A stretch of 64,000 bases of DNA from Pseudomonadota bacterium (lineage in GTDB: Bacteria; Pseudomonadota; Alphaproteobacteria; Rhodospirillales; Magnetospirillaceae). The DNA lies in the NCBI GenBank assembly GCA_021782815.1, contig JAJXUO010000009.1, positions 17,889 through 81,888 on the forward strand. The letters are read 5' to 3'. Positions 44,084 to 57,317 of this stretch are shown here, in pieces. A program made the position numbers and the translations under genes. Position 1 is the stretch's first letter. Each line of letters begins with the position of its first letter. Below the pieces are notes generated by a model, which did not search any database, was not told the origin of the DNA, and was given only the letters and a program-made list of their open reading frames with translations.

Positions 44084-44749
44084 ATGAAGATCGACGTGGT
44101 GTTCGATACGGTCTGCCCCTGGTGCTTCATCGGCAAGCGCCGCCTGTCCCGCGCCTTGTCCTTGCGCCCCGGCACCCACGCCGAATTGCGCTGGCGGCCC
44201 TTCCTGCTCAATCCCGACATGCCGCTGGAAGGCATGGACCGGGCCTATTACCTGGAGCGCAAATTCGGCAGCAGCTACCGCGTGCAGCGCATTCAGGCGG
44301 CGGCGCAGCTGGCCGGCGAACCCGACGGCATCGCCTTCGCCTTCGACCGCATCGCCCATATGCCCAGCAGCATGCAGTCGCACCGCCTGATCGCCTGGGC
44401 GGCGGCCCAATGTCCGCCCGATCAGGACTGCGCCTCCCTTCTGGTGGAGTCCATCTACCGGGCTTTTTTCGAACAGGGCGAGGATATCGGCGATATCGCC
44501 GTGCTGCGCCGCCTGGCCGAGGCGGCCGGGCTTTCGGGGCGCGCGGCGGCGGCGTATCTGGCCGGCGATGCCGGATTCTCGGCGGTGGAATCCGATAATT
44601 CCCGTCTGCATCGTCTGGGCGTGTCCGGGGTGCCCTGCTTCATCCTGAACGGCACCTATGCCGTTTCGGGCGCGCAGGAACCCGATATGCTGGCCCGCAT
44701 GATCGACATCGCCCGCGAAAGCGATCCCGGCGGCGTGTCCGCCGGATGA
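44084..44749 (+). CDS. DsbA family oxidoreductase (FrnE/HCCA-isomerase-like)
   Basis: MKIDVVFDTVCPWCFIGKRRL, with a CPWC active site. Confidence 0.85.
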   Translation: MKIDVVFDTVCPWCFIGKRRLSRALSLRPGTHAELRWRPFLLNPDMPLEGMDRAYYLERKFGSSYRVQRIQAAAQLAGEPDGIAFAFDRIAHMPSSMQSHRLIAWAAAQCPPDQDCASLLVESIYRAFFEQGEDIGDIAVLRRLAEAAGLSGRAAAAYLAGDAGFSAVESDNSRLHRLGVSGVPCFILNGTYAVSGAQEPDMLARMIDIARESDPGGVSAG

Positions 44750-44773
44750 TCCTCACTCTTTGGAGGTCCGGCT

Positions 44774-45121
44774 ATGAACGAACGGCGTGATATCCTGTTG
44801 TTTTCCTACGGCACCTTGCAGCAGGACGCGGTGCAGCTGGCCTCGTTCGGCCGCCTGCTGGAGGGCTTCGACGACGCCCTGCCCGGCTACCGCCAGGCCT
44901 TGCTGGAAATCACCGATCCCGAGGTGCTGCGCCACAGCGGCAAGCGCTTTCACCCCATCGTCATGCCGTCCGACGATGCGGCCGATGAAATTCCCGGCAA
45001 GGTGTTCCTTATCAGCCGCCGCGAACTGGATGCCGCCGACCGCTACGAGGTGGCCGATTACAAACGCATCGCCGTGGGCCTGGCCTCGGGCCGCGCCGCC
45101 TGGGTTTACGTCAAAAAATAA
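44774..45121 (+). CDS. Gamma-glutamylcyclotransferase / AIG2-like family protein
   Basis: LLFSYGTLQ N-terminal motif. 115 aa. Confidence 0.75.
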   Translation: MNERRDILLFSYGTLQQDAVQLASFGRLLEGFDDALPGYRQALLEITDPEVLRHSGKRFHPIVMPSDDAADEIPGKVFLISRRELDAADRYEVADYKRIAVGLASGRAAWVYVKK

Positions 45122-45165
45122 GGGGACGGGCCGAAGCCCGCCCCCTCTCCCGCGTGGTTTTCCGC

Positions 45166-46317
45166 CTACATGGCGGCCTTGTAGATGCCTTCGATCTCGC
45201 TCTGCGAGGCCGGGCGCGGGTTGGTCAGGCCGCAGGCGTCGTTCAGGGCGTTGGCGGCCAGGGTGGGGATATCGGCGGCCTTGACGCCAAGCCCGGCCAG
45301 ACCGGCGGGAATGCCGATATCGGCGGCCAGGGCGCGGATGGCCTTCAGGCAGGCGGCGGCGCCCTCCGTGGCCGAGAGGCCCTTGACCTCAACGCCCATG
45401 GCGGCGGCGACATCGCGCAGCCGTTCGGCCGAAACCCCGGCATTGAACTCTTCCACATGCGGCAGCAGCACGGCATTGCACACGCCGTGCGGCAGATCGT
45501 AGAAGCCGCCCAGCTGGTGGGCCATGGCGTGCACATAGCCCAGCGAGGCGTTGTTGAAGGCCATGCCCGCCAGGAACTGGGCATAGGCCATCTGTTCCCG
45601 GGCGGCGAGATCCTGGCCGTTCTTCACCGCCTGGCGCAGGTTCTGCGCGATCAGCGACACCGCCTTCAGGGCGCAGGCGTCGGTGATGGGGGTGGCGATG
45701 GTGGAGACATAGGCCTCCACCGCGTGGGTCAGGGCGTCCATGCCGGTGGCGGCGGTGAGCGACGCCGGCTTGTTGACCATCATGGTGGGATCGTTCACCG
45801 ACAAAAGCGGCGTGACATGACGATCGACGATGGCCATTTTGATGTGGCGGCGCTCGTCGGTGATGATGCAAAAGCGCGTCATCTCGCTGGCGGTGCCCGC
45901 CGTGGTGTTGATGGCCACCAGGGGCAATTGCGGCTTGGCCGATTTGTCCACCCCTTCGTAATCGGCGATATTGCCGCCGTTGGCGGCGCAGAGCGCGATG
46001 CCCTTGGCGCAATCGTGCGGCGAGCCGCCGCCCAGCGATACCACGCAATCGCAGCCGTCCCGCTTCAGCAGGGCCAGACCGGCCTCCACATTGCCGACGG
46101 TGGGATTGGGCTGCACGCCGTCGAACACGGTGGCGGCAATGCCCTTGCCGCGCAGGGCTTCGGTGATCTTGCCGGCCAGGCCGATCTTCACCAGGATGGT
46201 GTCGGTCACAATCAGCGCGTGTTTGAAGCCGTGTCCGGCCATGGCGTCGATGGCGGCGCCCAGGCAATCGGCGCCCATGAGATTCATGCTGGGGATATAG
46301 AACGTGCTCTGGGTCAT
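45166..46317 (-). CDS. Iron-containing alcohol dehydrogenase (AdhB/YiaY-like)
   Basis: ATG at 46315-46317 gives 383 aa. Near-collinear with remembered Zymomonas ADH II: [75 protein letters not shown]. Confidence 0.95.
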   Translation of the reverse strand: MTQSTFYIPSMNLMGADCLGAAIDAMAGHGFKHALIVTDTILVKIGLAGKITEALRGKGIAATVFDGVQPNPTVGNVEAGLALLKRDGCDCVVSLGGGSPHDCAKGIALCAANGGNIADYEGVDKSAKPQLPLVAINTTAGTASEMTRFCIITDERRHIKMAIVDRHVTPLLSVNDPTMMVNKPASLTAATGMDALTHAVEAYVSTIATPITDACALKAVSLIAQNLRQAVKNGQDLAAREQMAYAQFLAGMAFNNASLGYVHAMAHQLGGFYDLPHGVCNAVLLPHVEEFNAGVSAERLRDVAAAMGVEVKGLSATEGAAACLKAIRALAADIGIPAGLAGLGVKAADIPTLAANALNDACGLTNPRPASQSEIEGIYKAAM

Positions 46318-46438
46318 GAACGGTCTCCCTGTTGGAAAGTGCGGCCAGACCGGCCCTTGACGGGCTTTTTTCCTAACCGGCACCTTGCCGGTCCGATCTT
46401 GCCGAAACACAACCTACAGGAAAATTTTCCATTCACGA

Positions 46439-46468
46439 ATGCGACTTTGGTCGATGCGACTTAGGTCG
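46439..46468. repeat. Tandem 15-bp direct repeat (ATGCGACTTTGGTCG / ATGCGACTTAGGTCG)
   Basis: Two adjacent copies with 1 mismatch, about 120-150 nt upstream of the alcohol dehydrogenase start. Confidence 0.6.
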
Positions 46469-46478
46469 AAAGCGCGGA

Positions 46479-48230
46479 CTACGGCATCTCGGCCAGGGCT
46501 TTCGCCACCTGCCGCACCACTTCGGCCCAGTCGCCGTGGCGGGGTTGGCGGAACAGGCGGAGGGTGGGATACCAGGGGCTGTCGTCCCGCCCCTCCAACC
46601 AGCGCCAGCAGCCGTCGAAGCGCGACAGCAGCCACACCGGCTTGCCCAGGGCTCCGGCCAGATGCGCCACGGCGGTATCCACGGAAATCACCAGATCCAG
46701 CGCCGCCACCAGGGCGGCGGTATCGGCCATGTCGCCCAGTTCGGCCGTCCAGTCGTGCAGCGCCAGGCCGCGCTGCGCCGCCGCCGGTCCCTTTTGCAGG
46801 CTGACCAGGCTGATGCCGGGCACGGCGGCCAGAGGGGCCAACTGGTCGCGGCGCATGCTACGGCGGCGGTCCAGCAGATGGGCGATCTTGCTGAAGGGGC
46901 GCGGATCGCCGGCCCACACCAGGCCCACCTTGCGCCCCGGCAGGGCGGAAAGGCGCTGCCGCCAGGCCGCCGCGGCTTCGGCGTCGGCCGTCAGAAAGGG
47001 GGCGGGCAGGAATTGATCGGGCATCAGGCCGGGCAGGCTCATCAGCGGCAGATGCGCGGCGCAGGCGGGGACCGGCTCGTTGCGGCCCACCACCCTCACC
47101 CGTGCGCTGTTCAGGCCGGAAAGCAGCCGGGTCAGTTCGGGCGGCACCTGCAGCACCACGGCGATCCCGGCGCCCTCGGCCAGGGCCGGCGCGTAGCGGC
47201 AGAAGTGCAGGCAATCGCCCAATCCCTGCTCGGCATGCACCAGCAGCGGTTTGTCCAGCGCCCCGCCGGTCCAGGGCGGCAGATCGGCGGGCAACCAGGG
47301 CGGCGGCAGGCGCGGCAGCAGGCGCCGCGCCTCGTAGGAGGCCCAGCCTTCGCGGAAATTTCCGCGTTTCAGCAGCACGGCGGCAAAATTCAGGGCCATC
47401 TGGGCATCCCGGGGCGCCAGGGCCAGGCCCTGGCGGAAGGCCGCTTCGGCCTCCTCCAGCCGTCCCAGGGCCAGCAGGCTGTTGCCCAGGGTGTTGCAGG
47501 CCGGGGCGAAACCGGGATGACGGTCGAGGACCGCCCACGCCGCCTGCATCGCCTCATCGAAGCGTTCCAGGTCGTAAAGCAGTCCGGCCAGATTGACCCC
47601 GGCCTCGGCCGAATCCCCGGCCTGGCGGAACGCGGCTTCGGCCTCCTCCAGGCGGCCGTCCAACAGCAGGGCGTTGCCCAGGCAGTTCAGGGCCGCTCCA
47701 TGGGCGGGGTCCCGCTCCAACACCTGGCGGCAGGCGGCGATGCAGCCGGCCGGATCGCCCAGTTCCAGCAGGCAGGCGGCCAGATTGCTCAAGGGCTGCG
47801 CATGATCGGGAGCCAGGGCGGCGGCGCGGCGGAAAGCCTCGGCGGCTTCGGCCAGACGGCCCGTCTTGCGCAAGACATTGCCGAGATTGTTGGCGGGATC
47901 GGCCAAAGCGGGCGCCAGATCGGCGGCGCGGCGGAAGGCGGCCTCGGCTTCCGTCAGACGGTCCTGCTCCAGGCACAGACAGCCCAGGCTGTTCTCGGCT
48001 TCGGCCAGGCCGGGTTTTTGCGCCAGAACGTCGCGCAGGGCCCGCTCGGCCTCGGCGCCGCGGTTCAGGCCCTGCAGGGCGATGGCCAGATTGACCACCG
48101 CCGCCGCCGCCTGGGGCCTTAGGGTCAGAACCAGGCGGTAGGCGCCCACCGCGCCTTCGAGATCGCCCTGCTGATGGCGCAAGACCGCCTGTTGAAACAG
48201 TTGATCGATGCCATCGGGTTCGCTGGTCAT
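46479..48230 (-). CDS. TPR-repeat protein fused to a GT9 (heptosyltransferase-like) glycosyltransferase domain
   Basis: About 9 TPR units (AxxxxRxALxLxPxxAxAxxNLG pattern). The C-terminal half has HAEQGLGDCLHFCRY...VGLVWAG...ISVDTAVAHLAGALGKPVWLL. Confidence 0.8.
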   Translation of the reverse strand: MTSEPDGIDQLFQQAVLRHQQGDLEGAVGAYRLVLTLRPQAAAAVVNLAIALQGLNRGAEAERALRDVLAQKPGLAEAENSLGCLCLEQDRLTEAEAAFRRAADLAPALADPANNLGNVLRKTGRLAEAAEAFRRAAALAPDHAQPLSNLAACLLELGDPAGCIAACRQVLERDPAHGAALNCLGNALLLDGRLEEAEAAFRQAGDSAEAGVNLAGLLYDLERFDEAMQAAWAVLDRHPGFAPACNTLGNSLLALGRLEEAEAAFRQGLALAPRDAQMALNFAAVLLKRGNFREGWASYEARRLLPRLPPPWLPADLPPWTGGALDKPLLVHAEQGLGDCLHFCRYAPALAEGAGIAVVLQVPPELTRLLSGLNSARVRVVGRNEPVPACAAHLPLMSLPGLMPDQFLPAPFLTADAEAAAAWRQRLSALPGRKVGLVWAGDPRPFSKIAHLLDRRRSMRRDQLAPLAAVPGISLVSLQKGPAAAQRGLALHDWTAELGDMADTAALVAALDLVISVDTAVAHLAGALGKPVWLLSRFDGCWRWLEGRDDSPWYPTLRLFRQPRHGDWAEVVRQVAKALAEMP

Positions 48231-48231
48231 G

Positions 48232-51726
<3,495 letters not shown>

Positions 51727-51737
51727 GCGTCTTTCTA

Positions 51738-51998
51738 TCAGCGCCGCGCCTGGGCCAGGGTGTAGGAGCGCAGCATTTGCAAAACGTCGCAGTCATGTTC
51801 GGGCGGCACCGGCTTGGCGCCGGTCACCCATAAGAACAAATCGGGATCATTGATTTCAAGCAGTTTCTCAAAACGATCCAGCTGCTCCTTGGAAAGGCTT
51901 TCCAAAGTTTCCTCGGCGAAGGCGCCGAAAAAAATGTCGTTCTCGTTGGTGCCCATATGACGGGCGCGGTACAACAGGCGTTTTCTTTGAATATCCAT
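51738..51998 (-). CDS. sdhE: Succinate dehydrogenase assembly factor 2 (SdhE/DUF339)
   Basis: 86 aa. RKRLLYRARHMGTNENDIFFGAFAE...LLEINDPDLFLWVTG is the typical alphaproteobacterial SdhE pattern. It sits upstream of mfd and divergent from recG. Confidence 0.85.
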   Translation of the reverse strand: MDIQRKRLLYRARHMGTNENDIFFGAFAEETLESLSKEQLDRFEKLLEINDPDLFLWVTGAKPVPPEHDCDVLQMLRSYTLAQARR

Positions 51999-52091
51999 CA
52001 GGAGGCTCGGCGTGGCTGGTCGATCAGAATGGGGTAGGATATAAAGGCTTTAAGCCCGTCTGTCAGCCATGGCGTCGTCGATCCCTGCCCC

Positions 52092-54173
52092 ATGCGTCCC
52101 GAAAAGCTCTATCCCCTGTTCACGCCCGTTGCCGATCTGCCCGGCTTAGGGCCCCGTCTGGCGCCCCTGGTGGAAAAGCTGGTGGGGCCGCTGGTGGTGG
52201 ATCTGTTGTGGCACAAGCCCTATGCCCTGGTGGACCGCCGCTTCATGCCCCCCGCCGCCCAGGCCCCCGAGGGCCGGGTGGCCACCTTCAAGGTGCGGGT
52301 CGATCAGCATCTGGTGCCGGAAACCAGCCGCCGCCCCTACCGGGTGCTTTGCTCCGACGACAGCGGCCCGCTGCATCTGGTGTTCTTTCACGCCAAGGGC
52401 GACTGGCTGGCGAAACTGCTGCCGGTGGGCGAGGTGCGCATCGTCAGCGGCCTGGTGGAGCAGTTCAACGGCGTGGCCCAGATCAGCCATCCCGACCATG
52501 TGGTGCCGCCGGCGCAACTGGACGAGGTGATGACGGTGGAGCCGGTCTATCCGCTGACGGCGGGGGTTAGCGGCAAAATCATGACCAAGGTGGTGCGCGC
52601 CGCCGTGGCCCGCGCCCCCGAACTGCCGGAATGGCAGGACGAGGCCTATCGCAGCCGCCAGGGCTGGCCCGGCTGGCGCCAGGCCCTGGCGGGCCTGCAT
52701 GCGCCGGAAGACGAGGCCGCGCTTTCCCCCTTGAGTCCCATCCGGCAGCGCCTGGCCTATGACGAACTTCTGGCCAACCAATTGGCCCTGGCCCTGGTGC
52801 GGGCCAGCCTGCGCAAGCAGACCGGGCGGGTTCTGACCGGCGACGGCCGCCTGCGCGCGCGGATCATCGCCGCCCTGCCCTACCACCTGACCGGGGCGCA
52901 GCAACGCTCGCTGGCCGAGATCGATGCCGATCTGGCCGCGCCCGCCCGCATGCTGCGCATGCTGCAGGGCGATGTGGGGGCGGGCAAAACCGTGGTGGCG
53001 CTGCTGGCGATGGCGGCGGCGGTGGAGGCCGGCGCCCAGGCCGCCCTGATGGCGCCCACGGAAATCCTGGCCCGCCAGCATCTGGCCACCCTGGAAAAGC
53101 TGGCGGCGCCCGCCGGCCTGCGCTTGGGGCTTTTGACCGGGCGCGACAAGGGCAAGGCCCGGCAGGCGCTGCTGGCGGCGCTGGCGGCGGGCGAGATCGA
53201 TATTCTGGTGGGCACCCACGCCCTGTTCCAGGAGGATGTGCTCTATCACGATCTGGCCCTGGCGGTGATCGACGAGCAGCATCGCTTCGGCGTGCATCAG
53301 CGCCTGGATCTGGCGGCCAAGGGCCGGGCGGTGGATATGCTGGTGATGACCGCCACCCCCATTCCCCGCACGTTGATGCTGACCGCCTACGGCGACATGG
53401 ACATTTCGCGCCTGGACGAGAAGCCGCCGGGGCGCAGCCCCATCGATACCCGCGTGCTGCCCCTGGCCCGCCTGGACGAGGTGATCGGCGGCGTGCGCCG
53501 CGCCATGGCCGAGGGCGCCAAGGTCTATTGGGTGTGCCCTTTGGTGGAGGAGTCGGAAAAATCCGATCTGGCGGCGGCCGAGGAGCGTTACCGCGACCTG
53601 AGCGGGCTGATGGGGCCGCGCGTCGGGCTGGTGCACGGCCGCATGAAGGGCGCCGAGAAGGACGCGGCCATGGCCGCCTTCGCCGGTGACGGCCTGGATC
53701 TTCTGGTGGCCACCACGGTGATCGAGGTGGGGGTGGACGTGCCCGCCGCCTCGGTGATGGTGATCGAGCACGCCGAACGCTTCGGGCTGGCGCAGTTGCA
53801 TCAGCTGCGCGGCCGCATCGGGCGCGGCCGGGCCAAATCCACCTGCCTGCTGCTTTATGGCGGCCCGCTGTCGGAAAGCGGCAAGGCCCGCCTCAACATC
53901 ATGCGCGAAACCGAGGACGGTTTCCTCATCGCCGAGGAGGATCTGAAACTGCGCGGCGGCGGCGAACTGCTGGGCACCCGCCAGTCGGGCCTGCCGGAGT
54001 TCCGTCTGGCCGATCTGGCCCAGCATGGCGAATTGCTGGCCACGGCGCGCGACGACGCCCGGTTGATTCTGGCCCGCGATCCCGATCTCGAAAGCGCGCG
54101 CGGCCAGGCCCTGCGCACCCTGCTCTATCTCTTTCAGCGCGACGCGGTGGTGAAAACCCTGCGTTCGGGATAA
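52092..54173 (+). CDS. recG: ATP-dependent DNA helicase RecG
   Basis: 693 aa. Wedge domain plus SF2 motifs (LQGDVGAGKTVVA, DEQHRFGV, TATPIPRTL, QLHQLRGRIGRG). Confidence 0.95.
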   Translation: MRPEKLYPLFTPVADLPGLGPRLAPLVEKLVGPLVVDLLWHKPYALVDRRFMPPAAQAPEGRVATFKVRVDQHLVPETSRRPYRVLCSDDSGPLHLVFFHAKGDWLAKLLPVGEVRIVSGLVEQFNGVAQISHPDHVVPPAQLDEVMTVEPVYPLTAGVSGKIMTKVVRAAVARAPELPEWQDEAYRSRQGWPGWRQALAGLHAPEDEAALSPLSPIRQRLAYDELLANQLALALVRASLRKQTGRVLTGDGRLRARIIAALPYHLTGAQQRSLAEIDADLAAPARMLRMLQGDVGAGKTVVALLAMAAAVEAGAQAALMAPTEILARQHLATLEKLAAPAGLRLGLLTGRDKGKARQALLAALAAGEIDILVGTHALFQEDVLYHDLALAVIDEQHRFGVHQRLDLAAKGRAVDMLVMTATPIPRTLMLTAYGDMDISRLDEKPPGRSPIDTRVLPLARLDEVIGGVRRAMAEGAKVYWVCPLVEESEKSDLAAAEERYRDLSGLMGPRVGLVHGRMKGAEKDAAMAAFAGDGLDLLVATTVIEVGVDVPAASVMVIEHAERFGLAQLHQLRGRIGRGRAKSTCLLLYGGPLSESGKARLNIMRETEDGFLIAEEDLKLRGGGELLGTRQSGLPEFRLADLAQHGELLATARDDARLILARDPDLESARGQALRTLLYLFQRDAVVKTLRSG

Positions 54174-54182
54174 ACTGCCGCC

Positions 54183-55361
54183 ATGATGACGCCCGACCGC
54201 CCTTCCGCCGCCGTGCTGGAGATGCTCGAACGGCTGATCGCCTTCGACACCACCAGCGTTCGCTCCAATCTGGATGCCATCGCCTTCATGCAGGCGCATC
54301 TGGAGGGCCTGGGCGCGGCGACCCGCCTGACCTTCAACGACGACCGCCATAAGGCCAATCTCTACGCCGTGTTGGGCGGCGAAGAGACGCCCGGCGGCAT
54401 CATGCTGTCGGGCCATACCGACGTGGTGCCGGTGGAGGGACAGGATTGGAGCACGCCGCCCTTCACCCTGAGTGAGCGCGACGGCAAGCTGTTCGGGCGC
54501 GGCACCGCCGATATGAAGGGCTTCGTGGCCCTGGCTTTGGCCCTGGCGCCGGAGTTCGTGGCGCGCGGCCTGCGCCTGCCCCTGGCCTTCAGCCTGTCCT
54601 ACGACGAGGAGGTGGGCTGCATGGGGGTGCGCCGCTTGATCGAGGATCTGGACAACATCCCGGTCAAACCCGGCCTCTGCATCGTCGGCGAGCCCACCGG
54701 CATGAAGGTGATCGCCGGGCACAAGGGCAAGAAAAGCCTGCGCTGCCATGTGCACGGCAAGGAATGCCATTCCGCCCTGGCGCCCCAGGGCGTTAACGCG
54801 GTGGAGGCCGCCGCCGAGGTCATCGCCCATATCCGCGGCCTGCAGCGGCGCATCCGCCGCGACGGCCCCTTCGACGAGGCCTACGATCCCCCCTTCACCA
54901 CTCTGCATACCGGCGTGGTGCAGGGCGGCCGGGCCTTGAACATCGTGCCGCGCGATTGCTGGTTCGATTTCGAGATCCGCTCCCTGCCCGCTCAGGGCGG
55001 CGACGGCCTCTATGACGAGATCGTGGCCTTCGCCCGCCGGCAGATCGAGCCGGAAATGCGGGCGGTGGACGCCGCCACCGGAGTGGAGTTTCAGGTGGTG
55101 AACGACACCGCCGGCTTCGATCTGCCCGACACGCATCCGGCGGTGCGTTTCGTGACCATGCTCACCGGCGACAACCGGGTGGGCCGGGTCAGCTTCGGCA
55201 CCGAGGCCGGTTTGTTCACCCAGGCCGGCGTGCCCAGCGTGGTGTGCGGCCCCGGCCATATCGAACAGGCCCATAAGCCCGACGAGTTCATCAGCCTGGA
55301 TCAATTGGCCCAGGGCGAGGCTTTCCTGCGCCGCCTGATGGCGCGCATGTGCGGCGAATGA
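54183..55361 (+). CDS. argE: Acetylornithine deacetylase-type M20 metallopeptidase
   Basis: LSGHTDVVPVEGQDW, GRGTADMKGF and EEVGCMG. The gene symbol is tentative. Confidence 0.8.
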   Translation: MMTPDRPSAAVLEMLERLIAFDTTSVRSNLDAIAFMQAHLEGLGAATRLTFNDDRHKANLYAVLGGEETPGGIMLSGHTDVVPVEGQDWSTPPFTLSERDGKLFGRGTADMKGFVALALALAPEFVARGLRLPLAFSLSYDEEVGCMGVRRLIEDLDNIPVKPGLCIVGEPTGMKVIAGHKGKKSLRCHVHGKECHSALAPQGVNAVEAAAEVIAHIRGLQRRIRRDGPFDEAYDPPFTTLHTGVVQGGRALNIVPRDCWFDFEIRSLPAQGGDGLYDEIVAFARRQIEPEMRAVDAATGVEFQVVNDTAGFDLPDTHPAVRFVTMLTGDNRVGRVSFGTEAGLFTQAGVPSVVCGPGHIEQAHKPDEFISLDQLAQGEAFLRRLMARMCGE

Positions 55362-55437
55362 CGCGGGGGGAGATCCCGCCTCCCCCCGCCTTGCGTCTCA
55401 CCGGCGCCGCGATAGCCACGCGCATCGCGGCGTGGTC

Positions 55438-55665
55438 TTAAACCCGCTCCACATCCACGTCGTGGCAGCGATGGCCGTATTTATCGGTCAGGGCCGCGCC
55501 ATCGGGGATGATGTCCTGCAGGCGGAAATGCACCGGATGATTCAGCAGCTTGGCCTGCTGTTCGATCAGGGTGTCGTACATGACGAAGGTGTTGCGCCAC
55601 ATCTTGATCCAGCTTTCGCACAGGGACAGCTGCACGCGCCACAGGGCTTCCATGGGATTGTCCAT
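55438..55665 (-). CDS. Hypothetical small protein (75 aa)
   Basis: Clean ATG ORF with strong G/C third-position bias and balanced composition. No family recognised. Confidence 0.6.
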   Translation of the reverse strand: MDNPMEALWRVQLSLCESWIKMWRNTFVMYDTLIEQQAKLLNHPVHFRLQDIIPDGAALTDKYGHRCHDVDVERV

Positions 55666-55824
55666 TCTTCCCTCCTCTTATTTCAGGGACCCCGCCTCAT
55701 ATTTCATGGACGGAAGAATCTTATCACAGTGGCGAAAAGGTGATAACTTTTTCCCTCCGGCGGGCTGGTGGCACGGCTGCCGCGCCGGGCAGGGCAATGG
55801 ACTGTTAAAGGGTGGCCTTCCGTC

Positions 55825-56214
55825 ATGTCAGACGATCGTACGCGTCTCCGTAAAATCGCCAGCAATCTGTCCGAGGACAGCCGCAAGCAGCAGCTGAGCG
55901 CCGCCGCCGATGTGCGCCGCGATATCGAGGAAACTCTCGGCTTCGATATCGTCAACCAGGATGCCCTGGTGAAGCTGGCCGACGCCATCTGGTCGAACGT
56001 GCCCCTTAACCAGCGTTCCAGCTATACCGCCGAGGACTGGCAGCGCGCCATCCACGACCGCTGCACCGCCGCCCTGATGCGGGCCGAGCAGCGGTTGGAG
56101 GAAAACAAGATCGACGAGAAGATGCATCTGGCCAAGATCAAGGTGCTGCGCCACACCTTCAGTCAGCAGGTGGTGCGCGCCATGCACACGGTGGCCGAGA
56201 AATACAAGAAATAA
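55825..56214 (+). CDS. Hypothetical protein (129 aa)
   Basis: ATG at 55825. Helical, charged, Lys-rich C-terminus. Followed by a strong terminator. No family recognised. Confidence 0.6.
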   Translation: MSDDRTRLRKIASNLSEDSRKQQLSAAADVRRDIEETLGFDIVNQDALVKLADAIWSNVPLNQRSSYTAEDWQRAIHDRCTAALMRAEQRLEENKIDEKMHLAKIKVLRHTFSQQVVRAMHTVAEKYKK

Positions 56215-56241
56215 CCGCCCTTGGGGCTTTGACCATGGAAA

Positions 56242-56272
56242 GCGGCCCGGAGAGATCCGGGCCGCTTTTTTT
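56242..56272 (+). terminator. Rho-independent terminator
   Basis: GCGGCCCGG-AGAGAT-CCGGGCCGC followed by TTTTTTT (56266-56272), 28 nt after the stop at 56214. Confidence 0.8.
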
Positions 56273-56274
56273 CA

Positions 56275-56598
56275 TCAGCGCAGATTGAGGGGCACGATGA
56301 TATTGATGCCCGAGGGCGGCGGAGCCACCACCATCGGCGGCGGCACATAGACGGCGCCCGGCGGCGGCATCACCACCACGGGCGGCGCATAATATCGATC
56401 CTCGTCGAAACGACGATGATAGTGATCGCGCCACTCATGGTCACGCCACTCATGGCCGTGCCAGCCATGGTCGTGGCGGCCATGATCGTGCCAGTCGTCG
56501 GCGAAGGCCGGTGTGCCGCCCATCAGGCCGATCCCGAGGAGGACGGCGGCGAGAACGGCACTTCGCCGTCCCAGACCAAGACGAGTGCGAGCGTTCAT
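56275..56598 (-). CDS. Secreted histidine-rich / proline-rich small protein (107 aa)
   Basis: Signal peptide (AVLAAVLLGIGLMGGTPAFA), then DDWHDHGRHDHGWHGHEWRDHEWRDHYHRR, then a Pro/Val-rich tail. Confidence 0.65.
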   Translation of the reverse strand: MNARTRLGLGRRSAVLAAVLLGIGLMGGTPAFADDWHDHGRHDHGWHGHEWRDHEWRDHYHRRFDEDRYYAPPVVVMPPPGAVYVPPPMVVAPPPSGINIIVPLNLR

Positions 56599-56610
56599 GA
56601 TGTGAAATCC

Positions 56611-57117
56611 TTACTGAGCGGCGGCGGGCTGCTGTTTTTGCAGCTCGGCGCGCATGTGCCGCCGATGGGCGCGGAAAGTCTCGTCGGCAACCTTCTTCTG
56701 GCTGTCCGACATGCTGGCATAGAGGGTCTGGAAGGCGGCGGCCAGTTTCTTCACGCCGTCGGCATGGGTCTGGGCGATCTCGGCATAGGCGTTGAGATCG
56801 TCGGCGGCGCTCATGGTTTCGGCCTTGGCGCGCTTGGCGGCCACCAGATCGTCGTGGGTCTTGACGTCGTCGCGCATGATCTGCGCCACCACGCCCCACT
56901 GCGCTTCCTGCGCCGGGGTGATCTGCAATTCCTTGTGCAGCGTGGCGATGCGCGTCTCGACCCGGCTTTCCATCTTGTGGTGATGCGCCATCTTGACCGG
57001 GGCGGCGGCCTGGGGCGCCTGTTCGGCGGCCAGAACCGGCGTGGCCACGGCCAGAGGGGCCAGCAGCACGGCGGCGGAAACGGCGTGCATCAGCGTTTGG
57101 GAGAGCGGCTTCATCAT
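56611..57117 (-). CDS. Spy/CpxP/ZraP-family (LTxxQ-type) periplasmic protein
   Basis: ATG at 57115-57117 gives 168 aa. Signal peptide, an HHH tract, LQITPAQEAQW and MSDSQKK LTxxQ-like repeats. All-helical. Confidence 0.7.
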   Translation of the reverse strand: MMKPLSQTLMHAVSAAVLLAPLAVATPVLAAEQAPQAAAPVKMAHHHKMESRVETRIATLHKELQITPAQEAQWGVVAQIMRDDVKTHDDLVAAKRAKAETMSAADDLNAYAEIAQTHADGVKKLAAAFQTLYASMSDSQKKVADETFRAHRRHMRAELQKQQPAAAQ

Positions 57118-57317
57118 GTACCCCTGTCGTTTAAGGAAACGGTTTTCTTTGTAAGGCAAGTATCCGACCGTAAGTGTACTGGGTGCGCTGGCCTCACGGG
57201 AAAACAATATGGGGGAGGATTGTGAAAAAATTTTGTCAAACCGGCGGTGCTTTCATGTCGCCCCGGCCAGTGACAGCAAAAAGCCCCGAAAAGCATGGCT
57301 TTTCAGGGCTTTGAACT

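Noticed and set aside
52146-55304. 1052-aa ORF on the minus strand opposite recG and argE.
   Set aside because: Same reasoning: an antisense shadow of two well-supported genes, low-complexity G/A/H/Q-rich translation, and no recognisable domain.
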